From: Fimbriosthenelais zetlandica
Lineage: Eukaryota
NCBI GenBank assembly: GCA_977030845.1
Contig: OZ365118.1
Location: forward strand, 4,402,001-4,466,000
Direction of reading: 5' to 3'
DNA: 64,000 bases
Shown: piece after piece, positions 47,180 to 59,560 of the stretch
Numbering within the stretch: the stretch's first letter is position 1
How the letters are laid out: every line of letters starts with the position of its first letter
Notes under the pieces: generated by a model
What the model was told of the DNA's origin: nothing
What the model saw: the letters and a program-made list of their open reading frames with translations, nothing else
Databases searched by the model: none
Position numbers and translations under genes: made by a program

Positions 47180-48715
47180 GATTAGGGTTTTTTGGTGTAG
47201 ATTTAAAACTGGTTATGAACGATGGCAAATCCAAGATTCATAAAATGACAATATGCATAACTGTTGCACTCAGCTTGGCACATGATAATGCCAGAAGTCA
47301 GAAGGAATGATTTACAATGTTTAGTTTGGTATTGAGCATGCAGTGTGTATGTAATATAGCCTCAGGCATTTCCAGTCAGAACTGGATGCAATACTTTCAA
47401 GCGTCACATAGCCTCATTGGCTCCGATAAAGAAAAAAAATCCAAGTATTCACAGCATGAGCTCCTTGCAGACCCTTCAGCCAAAGATAGTATATGGTCTT
47501 CGCTTTTGCAATAGTGTTGATATGTTATCCATATCTGACTATCCAGAAAATTTACTGGTGTAGTCCACAAGTTCACCAATGCATCTTATCAAAGGGATCC
47601 ATTCCTACTGAATTGAGCTCTAAAGAAAGATCTGCCACACAACTCTGTTAGTTTCTATGTTAGGGTTTTTGCCCTTCTCTCAACCCTCGAGTTTGGAGGG
47701 ATTTGTGGGGCATTAGTGGTACTAAGCTGTGCTATGTTCCTATTACCTGCCGCTAATCTGGATGTAAATGCAGGTGATCTACCATACAGCCCACACCTGG
47801 CCCACTAAGTGGCTACTTTATTCACTGTATATGATTCGCTCCGCTAGTTGTTTATGGTTGCACTTCATTGCCTCAGTTCATATTGAGAGGACAAGAGGAG
47901 GTGCCCAGGGAAGTCTGGGTGTATAGTTTGGTTTGGCACGCATAGGTTAGTAATATGTTCAGCTATCAAAACTTATAGATGATCATCATGATATGATAAT
48001 ATTATGGTATGAGAATATGGTTATGAAGGAAGTGGAAATCATGGGGGAACCCAGGGATAGATCAGCAAAATACTTTTCATAAACATATCAACTTTTAAAA
48101 AAAGTATATGCGGTCTTAAATAGATATAAGGGAAAAAGCATCCAAGTATCTACCTATATTCATATTATTCATGTTACCAAGCATGACACATAAGGCAATC
48201 TGATGCAAACAAAAATCACCAGCTCTGAAAAAAACACCCTTAGATACCTTAACCCATATATTAACAAACAAATTAACAGGCAAATACATCCGAGATGTGA
48301 TGCAGAGTATATGGCAAATCAAATGAATGTATAATTGATTATTGACGACCCTCTGTAGTAGGAAACAATGAACAATAAGGCGACAATGACGGTTTGAAAG
48401 GTGTCCTGATTGGGTATAGAATGGTAAGTCTTATGCAATGAGAGAAATGTGAACTTACCTGGGATTCCCTGGAGGATGAGGGTAGGTGTAGGTATGGAGG
48501 CTGGTGGATGGCATTAAGTTGAACTGTAGACTAGCAGCAGGACCGTGGAGGAGCCCCAACCAGCATCCTAAAACAAGGATTATATTCTTCAAAATTCAAT
48601 CAACTTTACGCAAGTAGGTGGCTTTAAACTTAGTCAATCTGACTAAAGCAACTTGAGTAGAAAGCAGAACTGTTTCCTTTTATTGAATAGTTTTTTTTAT
48701 TAAGATTTAGAAGCT

Positions 48716-51700
48716 ATGGATAATGTGACCGGAAGTGACGTGTTTATGGTGAACGCCACCACCGCGACGTCAACTGTTAAGGACGTCAGTCTGCAGAGTT
48801 GGGATGACGCTACGTGGATTCTGACGTCATCCTTCATTATATTTACCATGCAGTCAGGTACAGTTATCCGGGATTTGATCCATATAATTTCAGTGGAAAA
48901 TCATTGATTGCCAATACAAAATGAATAGGTACATGCAACCGCAAGAACATATAGGTTCTTCTCTTTGGTTTGCATTGATTTTTCTTTGCATCTAAAAGAT
49001 ATCTTCTATGCAAATAATTCAAATTTAATGTAGAATAAATTCAAAAGCATTGGCAAGAGGAACAATAAATCTATAGAGCATTTGCCTTAATAGTAATAAG
49101 TTAGAGAATCAAAATGATTTCTCACCTTGTTTTTTTCATGTCAGGTTTTGGGTTGCTGGAGGCAGGGTGTGTGAGCTCTAAGAATGAGGTAAACATCATG
49201 GTAAAGAACGCCGTGGACGTGGTGTTTGGAGGCCTCACTTACTGGATGTTTGGTTACGGTTTTAGTTTTGGTGCTGATCCGGGTTCTAACCCGTTCATCG
49301 GCTGGGGCAGCTTCTGTGTCGACTCCAGTGATCCCATCATCATGGGCACCCTCTTCCCGAACTTTGTCTTCCAGGTGCGAGTCTAAAAAACAGTTTGATT
49401 CAATATGATTAATATAAGTAACTTTAATAAATTCTTGGTTAAATTATACAAAAATGACATACGAAATATTGACGTAAATCTTGTCACTCAAAAGAGCAAT
49501 AGATATTTCGAAATACTTTCATCACTAACCTAGTATATGTGTTTTTTTTTATGAAATTGCTTTTAATTTTACAATTGAATTCCTTTACCTTTCAGTTGTC
49601 CTTTGCCACAACAGCGACCACTATCGTATCGGGAGCGATGGCCGAGCGGACAAGGCTGACCTCTTATATAGTCTTCTCTCTCCTCAATACCATAGTCTAC
49701 TGTATTCCTGCTCACTGGGTAAACATTTTGATCATAAACCTGTAAAAAAACAATAAATAATGATAATTTTCTGTGTTTTAACTGAAGTTTTACATAGCAT
49801 TCTTCATTTTGTGATGATTTATTAAAGGGAAGTCCAACATATAACTGTTACTTTTCACCACCAGGTTTGGGCTGATAATGGTTTCTTAAAGCAGCTAGGG
49901 GTACTAGATTTTGCTGGCTCAGGTGTGGTTCATATGCTAGGTGCTGTGTCTGCACTAGTGGCGGCAGTTATGCTGGGTCCCAGGATGGGGCGGTATGATG
50001 AAGGACTAGAGGCGCCACCAGCCGGCAATGCTGCCAACTGCCTCGTCGGCATGTTCATGCTTTGGTGAGTGAATGTTTTTATTAATTTGTTTCTTATTTT
50101 CTTCGAATTTCCTAACATAAAATATATGAATTTACGTCTGAAACCTACATTATACTGACACATAAGTTCATATACTTTGCGTATTGTTTCAAATCCTAAT
50201 TTAACTCAGCGATACAATCAGAAAGTTTTGTTACATAAAAACTGAATGATTCATTTCTCTGGAACAGGTGGGGTTGGCTTGCCTTTAACTGTGGAAGCAC
50301 ATACGGTATTTCAGGAGGAAAATGGATTCTGGCTGCCAAGTATGTACACTACAAACAGACCTTTTTAACCCAAATTTTTACAAATTAACTCAACAAGTAG
50401 TAAAGACTTAGAGTTAAATGGGCACCTGTTTCTTTTTGACAGATCAGCTGTGACTACCCTCAATGCATCCATGGCAGGGGGCCTAATGGGTGTTATTTTC
50501 ACGTAAGTCTAATTCATTTGACGACCGGCAGAACTGATTGAATGAATGAGGAGGAAATAAGTATGGAAGAAGAATATACCATGGTTTAACACCTCCTAAC
50601 TGTTGCTTTATCTTACAGATTCTTCTACAATAATCATAAATTCATCATCACTGATATTGTGAACAGTATTCTGGGGGCTCTCGTGTCTATAACAGGTACC
50701 ATCTCTTTCACCAATCTATATAGTATTATGTATTAATATGTCCGAAATTAGGAGCAATAGAAACACTCATTTTAACAGAAAATAAACAAAAATTAGCATT
50801 AATTGGGTAATAATTTACCTTGTTTCAGCTAGCTGCGCCATGGTGAAGCCGTGGGAGTCTCTGGTGATAGGAGCGGTGGGGGGTATCATATCTATACTGC
50901 TAGCTATGGGTGTAGACAAGCTGAAGATTGACGACCCTGTCGGTGCTGTAGCCGTGCACGGAGGTGGAGGACTCTGGGTCAGTTCATCAACTTATCTTTC
51001 ATCATCAACAGTTGACTTCATTCTGTCAAAAAGAGGATATTTTAATTGTAAATTCGACAGCGTTCAACAGCAGATATTCGGTTTAATATTATACTTCATT
51101 GAGCAAGAAGAGCTCTGGGGATAGACTTTTAGAGACAGCAAGGATATGTTTTTCTGTTCCAAATCTAATTTTACAGACCTGAACATTTGAACGCAAAAGG
51201 TCCTGTAAATCTAATTTTACAGAACTGAATATTTGAACGCATACGGTCCTGTAAATTTTACAGAACCCTCATGTAATCTGTGTTCGTATAGGGAACTATT
51301 GGAGACACCCTTCTAGAATGTTCAACTGCCAGCTTTATGTCCCTTAATCGTTCTACAAACTGAAAGTTGAACAAGGCTCTAGACTAACATTATCATACTA
51401 TAGAATTCCAAAAACTGAAATCTCTCAGCTTACCATTGGTTACAGGGGATGCTGGCTGTGGGCCTGTTCGTGGGCCATGACCCGCTGGAGGGGATCAATG
51501 GAGGAAAGGTTGGCCTGTTCCACGGTGGAGGTTTCTACCTGTTAGGGGTACAGACACTGGCTGTGCTCATCATCTTTGTCTGGAGCGGTCTCGTATCATT
51601 CATCCTACTCTTTGTAAGTCCTTCATCCTCATTTATTATTGCCTGAAAATTAAAAAAAAATCAATTATGGTAATGAGAATAGGTTGTCACTGTATTGTGA

Positions 51701-52506
51701 TGTTTGCTAATGGATACAGATATAGATATTAGATTTAGATATTTTTCTTTTCAATTTAATTCAATAAATTCATTGCTGACACAAATATATATTAGGGACA
51801 AGATACATTATATATAGGTCAATTATGTTTTTTTAATATATTTCTAACTTTTAAACTGTTTTTTTTTAGTTTGTTGACCGTTGCTTTGGATTGAGAATGT
51901 CAGAGGAGGAGGAGATACTGGGAGCAGACGCTGTGGAGCATGGACTAGCCATGGATGACATGGATGATGATCATCTCAGTCATGTCATCAGTGTTCGTCC
52001 CGCCACAGCCACCAGTAAAACCAGGTATATTTAATATAATATTACTTAAATCCATAAACAAATTGTCAAGGCCACTGCTTGATAATTTGTTTGATTTGCT
52101 ACTATTTTAAGCAGAGCAGCATGGAAAAATAGGAATCCCCCATAAAGGCGTAGATCTAGGATTTGGGATGGAAGTCTAGCCTTGTGACAAAAAAAGTCTT
52201 ATTTTTGAGTGACAAATAATTGTCTCCAAAATGTGTTTCATGTCTCTCTGGACCCCCACTGGATCCGCTTCTGCTAAGTGTGTAAGAATTGTTAGTTACT
52301 TTATGGTTTCTTGTTCTAGCATGCCCACGGCGAGGAAGAAGCGCTCAGCGTTCAGCTCTAGGAAGGTGCCTTCCAGACTGAGAAGGAGCAGCTCTGTCAT
52401 GCCTGAGCAACTCCCTAACGGTGCCACCATGCCCCGAACACCTGATACACTCACCAAAAGAGGGCGCCACCTCACTGTGGACGGTATTTCTACCATCAGC
52501 ACCTGA
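48716..52506 (+). CDS. Amt: Ammonium transporter (Amt/Mep family), about 520 aa
   Basis: 11 exons: 48716-48857, 49145-49374, 49596-49718, 49865-50064, 50268-50339, 50443-50502, 50619-50695, 50829-50977, 51446-51613, 51870-52024, 52320-52506. Signatures FQLSFATTATTIVSGAMAER, AHWVW, DFAGSGVVH, WWGWLAFNCGS and DDPVGAVAVHG show the twin-His pair and Phe gate retained. Confidence 0.95.
51162..51268. repeat. Short intronic tandem repeat (about 46-bp unit, about 2.3 copies)
   Basis: aatctaattttacaga.ctgaa.atttgaacgca..ggtcctgtaa repeated. Confidence 0.75.
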
Positions 52507-53051
52507 CCTATAGACATGTGCAAGACTTTGATTACGGCATTACGACATGTAGGCCTATAACAGGAACGACAAAAGCTGTGGTTTTTAAATATTAAATCTT
52601 TACTTTCAATAACAATCCGTCAAGAGGCAAGATAACAGGCCTTCAGATTTGAAACCATTGTTTGTGAAAAATTCACTTATATATATACGCATCAGCAAGC
52701 CCATTACTCATTATATAACAAATTATATACGGGTATAGGACAAACAGATCAGATAACTATGCAAAGAGATGTTAATAAAATTATCACAAGGTTTTTATAC
52801 TGGCACCAAGGAAGGAAGTTAATAGATAATATAACATGATGTATACATTGTATGTACATATTATGACATGACATTACATGCTCACAATTGACAAAAAAAA
52901 GATTAGATACCCCAGATGATTCGTTATCAAAAATACTACGTATATTACACCCAAGAAGTGATTCTCAATATATAAATAGAAGACACCATATTATGGATGG
53001 GGGTGATAATAAAATGATATGAAGATGGGAAAAAGTTATAAATAAATTATA

Positions 53052-54128
53052 TCACCCAGAGCTGAAACCTGTGGAGGTGGTGCTGACAGAATCTCTCATA
53101 TGGACAAATAACTGCCTCAGTTCCTTTCGGAACTTGGAACCCCCGATACAGTAAAGAAAGAAGTTGACGGCATTGTTGGTATAATAAAGTTTAAGGGTGA
53201 TATGATAAACAAGAATGTATGTGGCTAAAACCGCAGGATCGGATCTGTAGTCTACAATAGTGTAAACTATGTACCTTACATACACAGGCATGGCTAGTAT
53301 CAAAAACACGAAATTAACCAACAATAACATCACAGTCAACTGAGACTGCTCCTTATCTTCTGAATCTTTTGATTTTTTGTTATCAGAAGGACCTTTAACG
53401 CGGGAGAATTCAGTGGCATCTTTGAATGATTTGGTGGCATTTCGTGTGGTCTTCAATAAGATAATGTTCATCACAAGTAGGGATACAAAGGGAATGAAGG
53501 CATTCAGAATAATACACAAAATAGCATAGACTCGGACCCATGCGCTCTTTCCATTGAATGTAAGACAAGTATAGTTTAGGCCAGAATCAAGCAAAACCAA
53601 GTGAGGTATGTTGAAAATGATGACGAAGACAACAAGGATGCCGATCATGATCTTCGTCCGTTTCGGTGTACAATGTGCGCGGCGGAAGGAACTGAGTGAG
53701 AAACGGACTGCGATGAAACGATCCACTGTCATAGCCACAATGATTAACATCCCAAACTGGGCTGAAGCCAGGAGAATGTAGCCAAGTATGGAACATTCCA
53801 GATTATGGAATATTGGGACCTCAAAGGTGGGCTTGATCCAGTAGTATCCCATAATGAGGAGGCAAATGTTATCCGCTACAGCTAAGGCAGCCATGTAGAG
53901 ACAGCAGGAGAGGCGACGGTTGTGCTTCTTCAGCATGATGATCAGAGCTAGACTATTACATAGGATACCCACCAATACGATAATAGGTGTCCAGTAGATA
54001 TGTAGACCAACACCTATCTTATAGATGGTGTATTCTGAAGCTAGTTGAGCCACGGACTTGTTAGCATTCGTCCAATCAAACTGCTCAGGCGCGCCTTCTG
54101 CCATTGGAAGTTCAGTTGTATACTCCAT
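53052..54128 (-). CDS. Intronless class A (rhodopsin-like) GPCR, FMRFamide/peptide-receptor-like orphan, copy A, 358 aa
   Basis: Seven TM segments, TM1 GILCNSLA, TM2 YMAALAVADN, TM3 MTVDRFIAV and TM7 NNAVNFFLYC..GSKFR. The first ATG is at 54128; the ORF-track start at 54149 is a non-ATG codon. Confidence 0.92.
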   Translation of the reverse strand: MEYTTELPMAEGAPEQFDWTNANKSVAQLASEYTIYKIGVGLHIYWTPIIVLVGILCNSLALIIMLKKHNRRLSCCLYMAALAVADNICLLIMGYYWIKPTFEVPIFHNLECSILGYILLASAQFGMLIIVAMTVDRFIAVRFSLSSFRRAHCTPKRTKIMIGILVVFVIIFNIPHLVLLDSGLNYTCLTFNGKSAWVRVYAILCIILNAFIPFVSLLVMNIILLKTTRNATKSFKDATEFSRVKGPSDNKKSKDSEDKEQSQLTVMLLLVNFVFLILAMPVYVRYIVYTIVDYRSDPAVLATYILVYHITLKLYYTNNAVNFFLYCIGGSKFRKELRQLFVHMRDSVSTTSTGFSSG

Positions 54129-55435
54129 TTTTCTAATTAGAAATATCAATTTCCCTTGTCCTTGTCCGCAGTATTTCCACAGTCCTTCTCTTCTAAATAA
54201 TTCAAGTGTTGGAGATCCTGGGTTTAGAAGTTTCTTGCTGGTAACTATTTTCCTTGGAAATAGATTCGGTATTGATTTCTCACAAGGTAAGAAAGTGGCA
54301 ATATAATATCAGACATGTGTAGTACAAGATATTAATTGAGATATGGGTACCAAGTGACAACAAATATCCCTGGACAAATACTCCAGAATGGACAAAGAGC
54401 AGAATTATTACAGTCCCCTTGTCAGCTGTGGGATTATTTCCTCATTTATTCCACCAATCCTCTAGGCTTCCTGTTACAATCGATGCCTTGGAAGCAGAAC
54501 AAATTGATCACGATACAGATTAAATCTGAAAAATCTTCATGGCTGAAGCTTTTTCTAAACTTCTAATGGGGTCCAAAGTCAACTGAAAGGATTAGAATCG
54601 CACAAAGTGTTTCACGTTTCACTCTAACCAATAAGTGTGTAAGATGTACATGCATAATGTTGCATCTCGACTGAGCCAACTGTGGAGTAACTGAGAAGGA
54701 GGGGGTGGGGGGCTGATGGTATTGGGATGAGCGTTCGTCTACTAATGGGCGTGTACGTCACCAAAAGATATCATATTTGGAAACTATATATTGGACCAAA
54801 ATATTAGACTACACACACACCAAACAACCCTCTAAATTGACCACTCTCTAAACCATGTTTGGCTGATCTATTTTCCTTCTAATGTTTAAAATGCCCGCTT
54901 AAATGTAGCAACCATCACCCCATAAAGACCACTTCCGGCCAATTATGAAGATGATCAAATATCGGAGGAGCACTGTATTATGCAACACCTGCATGCATTG
55001 ACTTAATGTAACAAGTGTATTAAATATATATACATGTAAGAGTAAAGACAGAAGCAGTAGTTTTTAAATATTAATTCTTTATTTTAAATAACAATCCCTG
55101 AGAAGGCAAGTGAGCGAACCTTTACATTTGAAACCATTGTTTGTGAAGACATCATACACCGATAGGCTATATATACACATCAGTACAAGTATTAATAACA
55201 TTACCACAAGGTTTTTTGGCACCGGGGAGGATAATACATATCACTAAATAAATATGATATATAAATACAAAATTTAAATGATTGTAAAATATACACCAGT
55301 TATTAATAGGAAATTACAATTTAAATTATATCAATGAATTAAGTGATTCCAACTTTAAATGTTACGTAAACAACGGATGGTGGTGATGAGAAAAAGATGT
55401 GAAGATGAAAAAGAAAATAAATTAGAAAAAATATC

Positions 55436-56536
55436 TCAGACAGAGCTGGAATTTGTGGAGTTCGTTGGAGAGCTCACGGAATCTCTGATATGAACAAATA
55501 ACTGTTTCAGTTCCTTTCGGAACTTGGAACCCCCGATACAGTACAGGAAGAAATTGACGGCATTGTTTGTATAATAAAGCTTATGAGTGATATGATAAAC
55601 AAGGATATAAGTGGCTAAAACCGCAGGATCGGATCTGTAGTCTACAATAGTGTAAACTATGTACCTTACATACACAGGCATGGCTAGTATCAAAAACACA
55701 AAATTAACCAACAATAACATCACAGTCAACTGAGACTGCTCCTTATCTTCCGAATCTTTTGATTTGTTCTTATCACAAGGGCCTTTAATCCTGCAGAATT
55801 CAGTGGTATTTTTGAATGTTTTAGTGGCACTTCGTATGGTCTTCAATATGATAATGTTCATGGTAAGCAGGGACACAAAGGGTATGAAGGCATTGAGGAT
55901 AATACTCAACATAGCATAGACTCTGACCCAAGCGCTGTTTCCACTGAATGTAAGACAAGTATAGTTGAGGCCGGAATCAAGCAAAACCAAGTGAGGTATG
56001 TTGAAAATGATGACAAACAGAAGAAGTACACCGATCATAATTCTGGTCCGTTTTGGTGTGCAATGAGCTCGACGGAAGGAACTGAGGGAGAAGCGAACTG
56101 TGAGGAATCGATCCACTGTCATAGCCACAATGATTAACATCCCAAACTGGGCTGAAGCGAGAAGTATGTAGCCAAGTATGGAACATTCTAGATTATGGAA
56201 TATGGGGATCTGAAAGGTGGGTTTGATCCAGTAGTATCCCATTAGGAGGAGGCAAATGTTATCCGCTACAGCTAAGGCAGCCATGTAGAGACAGCAGGAG
56301 AGGCGACGGTTGTGCTTCTTCAGCATGATGATCAGAGCTAGACTATTACCTATAATGCCTACCAGCACGATTACAGGTAGCCAGTAGATATGCAGACCAA
56401 CACCTATCTTATAGATGGTGTATTCTGAAGCTAGCTGACCCACGGACTTGTTACCCGCCACGCTTCCAGTCTCATTCGACCAATCAAACTGCTCAGGCTC
56501 GCCTTCTGCCATTGGAAGTTCAGTTGTATACTCCAT
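55436..56536 (-). CDS. Intronless class A GPCR, FMRFamide/peptide-receptor-like orphan, copy B (tandem paralogue of copy A), 366 aa
   Basis: Same motifs as copy A with high similarity. Flanking non-coding DNA is also duplicated (about 52570-54600 versus about 55050-57110). Confidence 0.92.
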   Translation of the reverse strand: MEYTTELPMAEGEPEQFDWSNETGSVAGNKSVGQLASEYTIYKIGVGLHIYWLPVIVLVGIIGNSLALIIMLKKHNRRLSCCLYMAALAVADNICLLLMGYYWIKPTFQIPIFHNLECSILGYILLASAQFGMLIIVAMTVDRFLTVRFSLSSFRRAHCTPKRTRIMIGVLLLFVIIFNIPHLVLLDSGLNYTCLTFSGNSAWVRVYAMLSIILNAFIPFVSLLTMNIIILKTIRSATKTFKNTTEFCRIKGPCDKNKSKDSEDKEQSQLTVMLLLVNFVFLILAMPVYVRYIVYTIVDYRSDPAVLATYILVYHITHKLYYTNNAVNFFLYCIGGSKFRKELKQLFVHIRDSVSSPTNSTNSSSV

Positions 56537-58949
56537 TTTTTACAATTTCAAATTTCGTCGATTTGAAATCAGAATTTCTCTTGTCCTTATCCGGAGTATT
56601 TCCACGGTCCTCTTCTAAATAATTCAGGTATTTATGGTTTAGAAGTTCCTTAATGTAGCTATTTTCTGGTGCTTTAAAACATTCCTGTCTTTGATCTTTG
56701 ATATTTTCGATTAACAGTCAGGTTTTTAGTACCGATAGAAGCAGAAATGTTTTGGTCCAGAGTGAGAGGGTTTTGATTCCTCACAAGGTAAGAAAGTGGC
56801 AATATAATATCAGACGTGTGTAGTACAAGATATTAATTGAGATATGGGTACCAAGTGACAACAAATATCACTAGGCAAACACTCCAGATTCGACACAGAG
56901 CGGAATTATTACAGTCCAGTCGTCAGCTGTGGGATTATTTCCTCATTTATTCCACCAATCCACTAGGCTTCCTATCACAATCGATGCGTTGGAAAGGTAA
57001 AAACTTGGTAATTGATCCGGATTCAGAGTAAATCTGAAAAATCTTGAAGTTTTTCTAAACTTCTGATGAGGTCCAAAGTCAATTGAAGGGATTAAAATCC
57101 AACAATAAGTTTCACTGTAGATAGTAAGAAGTGTGAACTATCTCTATCTCAGAGAGACTACCCCTCTGGTGAGATTTATGATGTTGCTTTTCTCAGATCC
57201 CAATCTGTGTGTTTTCAGAAAGTCTTTCTCTCACTATTTGTACTTGGCAAACACGGACCCATCCCTGTGAGTTCCTCCCCCTTCCCCCCCACCCCGATCC
57301 CTTTTTCGTCACTATTACAGCATGGATAACGTATTGAGTGAAACTATATATCCTTTTAGTCATTCGTCCCTGACGGTGGTTACTATGAAATGTAGTGGGA
57401 GACGGGGGTGGGGGGGGGGGGGGGGGGGTGCTGGGAGAGGAGGGGAGGTTAGGAGAAGGGAGGGAGGGGACTGGAGTAAGGGTGGTGGAGGTGTAGGAGT
57501 GAGGAGGAGACATTGACATCCGGGATATTCCCAAGTAAATCCCTGTACTCTCACATCCTCCTGTACCCTATATTGGACAGGTCGACATCTCTGATGTCAT
57601 TCACATGATTTTCCATCATTTTCTATGAACAGTGAATAGGTCTGAGATGGATGGAAAGTACATGTATAGCGTTGATCTTTTCACCGCATTATAATATCCC
57701 CTTATTCCTGCCGCAAATATGTATAATATGAACTCAAGCAATATCTAATTACAAGCTATTAACATTCAAAAGTACATTTACTTAAATTCAATAGCCGCTT
57801 AAGGCACAGTATAGTCCATTAACATAGTCAGTTTACTGGCCAAGGATTGTACCTGTTGTATAAATACGTAAATAAAATAAAAATAAAAAAGTAATGTATT
57901 TCTTTCATTTTCACTTTTGTTATTTTCTGTTCCTTTTCTCATTTTTAAACGTACTTTTATATATGCTGGTTGTTGTGGTAGGCTACTATTTGTCTATTAT
58001 ATAAATCCGGGAAACCCCCCTGGTTTTTAAACCTACTCCAGTGAAAACAAACCAGAGTGATACCAGTGGGATCTCCCCTATGAATCACCATCATATGTTT
58101 CTAGTGACCTATTGTGGTAACTGGTACTACAATGTAGGATTTACAATATAGGACACTCGGAACTAGGAGAAGTGCATGGAGCGACGTCTCTATTTCACTA
58201 GTTATAGGATAACAATGGAAAAGCAAATATCGGCGAAACATCTTTAGGCTACATGGGGATGATGGGTACTGTACTACAGCCATGCTATAGGCGCGGTAGG
58301 ACACTGCTTTTCATCTCGACTTAAGACTTAGGCCTACATGATTTTATATTGAGAGTTGTTTACTTTTGTATTAGGCTAGAATGTATGTGAAGATTGCGTT
58401 GCATTGTAACCGATATAGAACATTTTGCTGGTTATTTAGGTTCCAAGAAATTTGGAGTCCAATTGAAGCCAATACGGTCGGGTCTGCCATGTAATAATGT
58501 GTAGGCTAAGTGGGGAGGGGATCGGCTGGGGTGGTGTTGGCACTCGGCCAGGTAGGGCCTATACCTTTCCGAATGGGAACCTGTTTTAGGGGCTATAGAC
58601 TTGAAAGATAGATATTTCCAAATAATGAGATTATTTTGTTGTCATCTCCAAAATACCTCCTTGTGTCAATTAATCCTAGGCCTATGCATGGGCTTAATAG
58701 CCTAGTGGCTAGGCCTAAAGGCTATAGAAAAAATATGGCGTCTCCCTATAGTAAAAGTTGGTAGGCCTATTAAACATAGGCCTATATAACGTAGGCCTAT
58801 GCTCTAATATCTGGCACATAGACTAGGCCTACGGCTGAACTTACTATAGCTATAGCTCAGCTGGTCTATAATGGTCTAGTTGAGGGAATACATGTGGAGG
58901 CCTGAGCGATAATAGGGGACTCTGAGAAATAATGAGTAAAAAACGCAAC

Positions 58950-59560
58950 TAACCTGAATAAAAATTCTTATCAAGCACCCCGAGGCGTTCATAGTAACAG
59001 TCCTTTCATTCCATAGATACAGAATGCTGCCATTGAGAATAGCCAGAAATACAAAGCATGCCAGCTCTGAGGCTCTGTGTGGGAGGCGGTCAAGCGGCCA
59101 TGATTGGGCCTGTGGCGTGGCTAGTGACGGAAAGCATGGGTGGGGCGGGGGCTACTCCTATTAGGCCTACTAAAGCATTGGGTAGCATTTCTTGTTTAAT
59201 TAAAATTATAAAATTGTGGGAAATATGTCTCTCTTTTGTGAATGCCTGATGTTAATGGACAGAGGCCGTTATCGAATATCCGTCATTGATTGGAATGATT
59301 TGATGATCCAAGACCTGATCTTAGTTCCTCCCTTGGCCACTGGTGGCACTAGCGCACGCTCGCGCCTACGGGAGGACTTTAAAATGGTCCCGTACGCTCC
59401 TATTCACACGAACAGAACTTGCCCTATGGTCTCATCTTATGAAGAAACTCATTAACTATGTTATCTTAGAATTTGATCAAATATCCTCGTATTTTAGTAG
59501 GGAAATCGACCATTCATTTCTCTGCCATTCTCCCTTAGATTGACGGCCGCCATGTTGGAT
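58950..59560. promoter_or_regulatory. CpG-enriched promoter-like island with no assigned gene
   Basis: GC-box GGGGCGGGG (59142-59150), ATTGG (59103-59107), TGACG (59125-59129), YY1-like GCCGCCATGTTG (59546-59557) and a minus-strand donor CAG|GTTAGT at 58954. Confidence 0.4.

Noticed and set aside
57193-57554. Poly-Gly and poly-Pro ORFs on both strands
   Set aside because: Produced by a G-run / G-rich low-complexity tract.
59334-59352. CTCF-like site TGGCCACTGGTGGCACTAG
   Set aside because: It needs a one-base gap in the core to match the consensus; only the 3' half fits.
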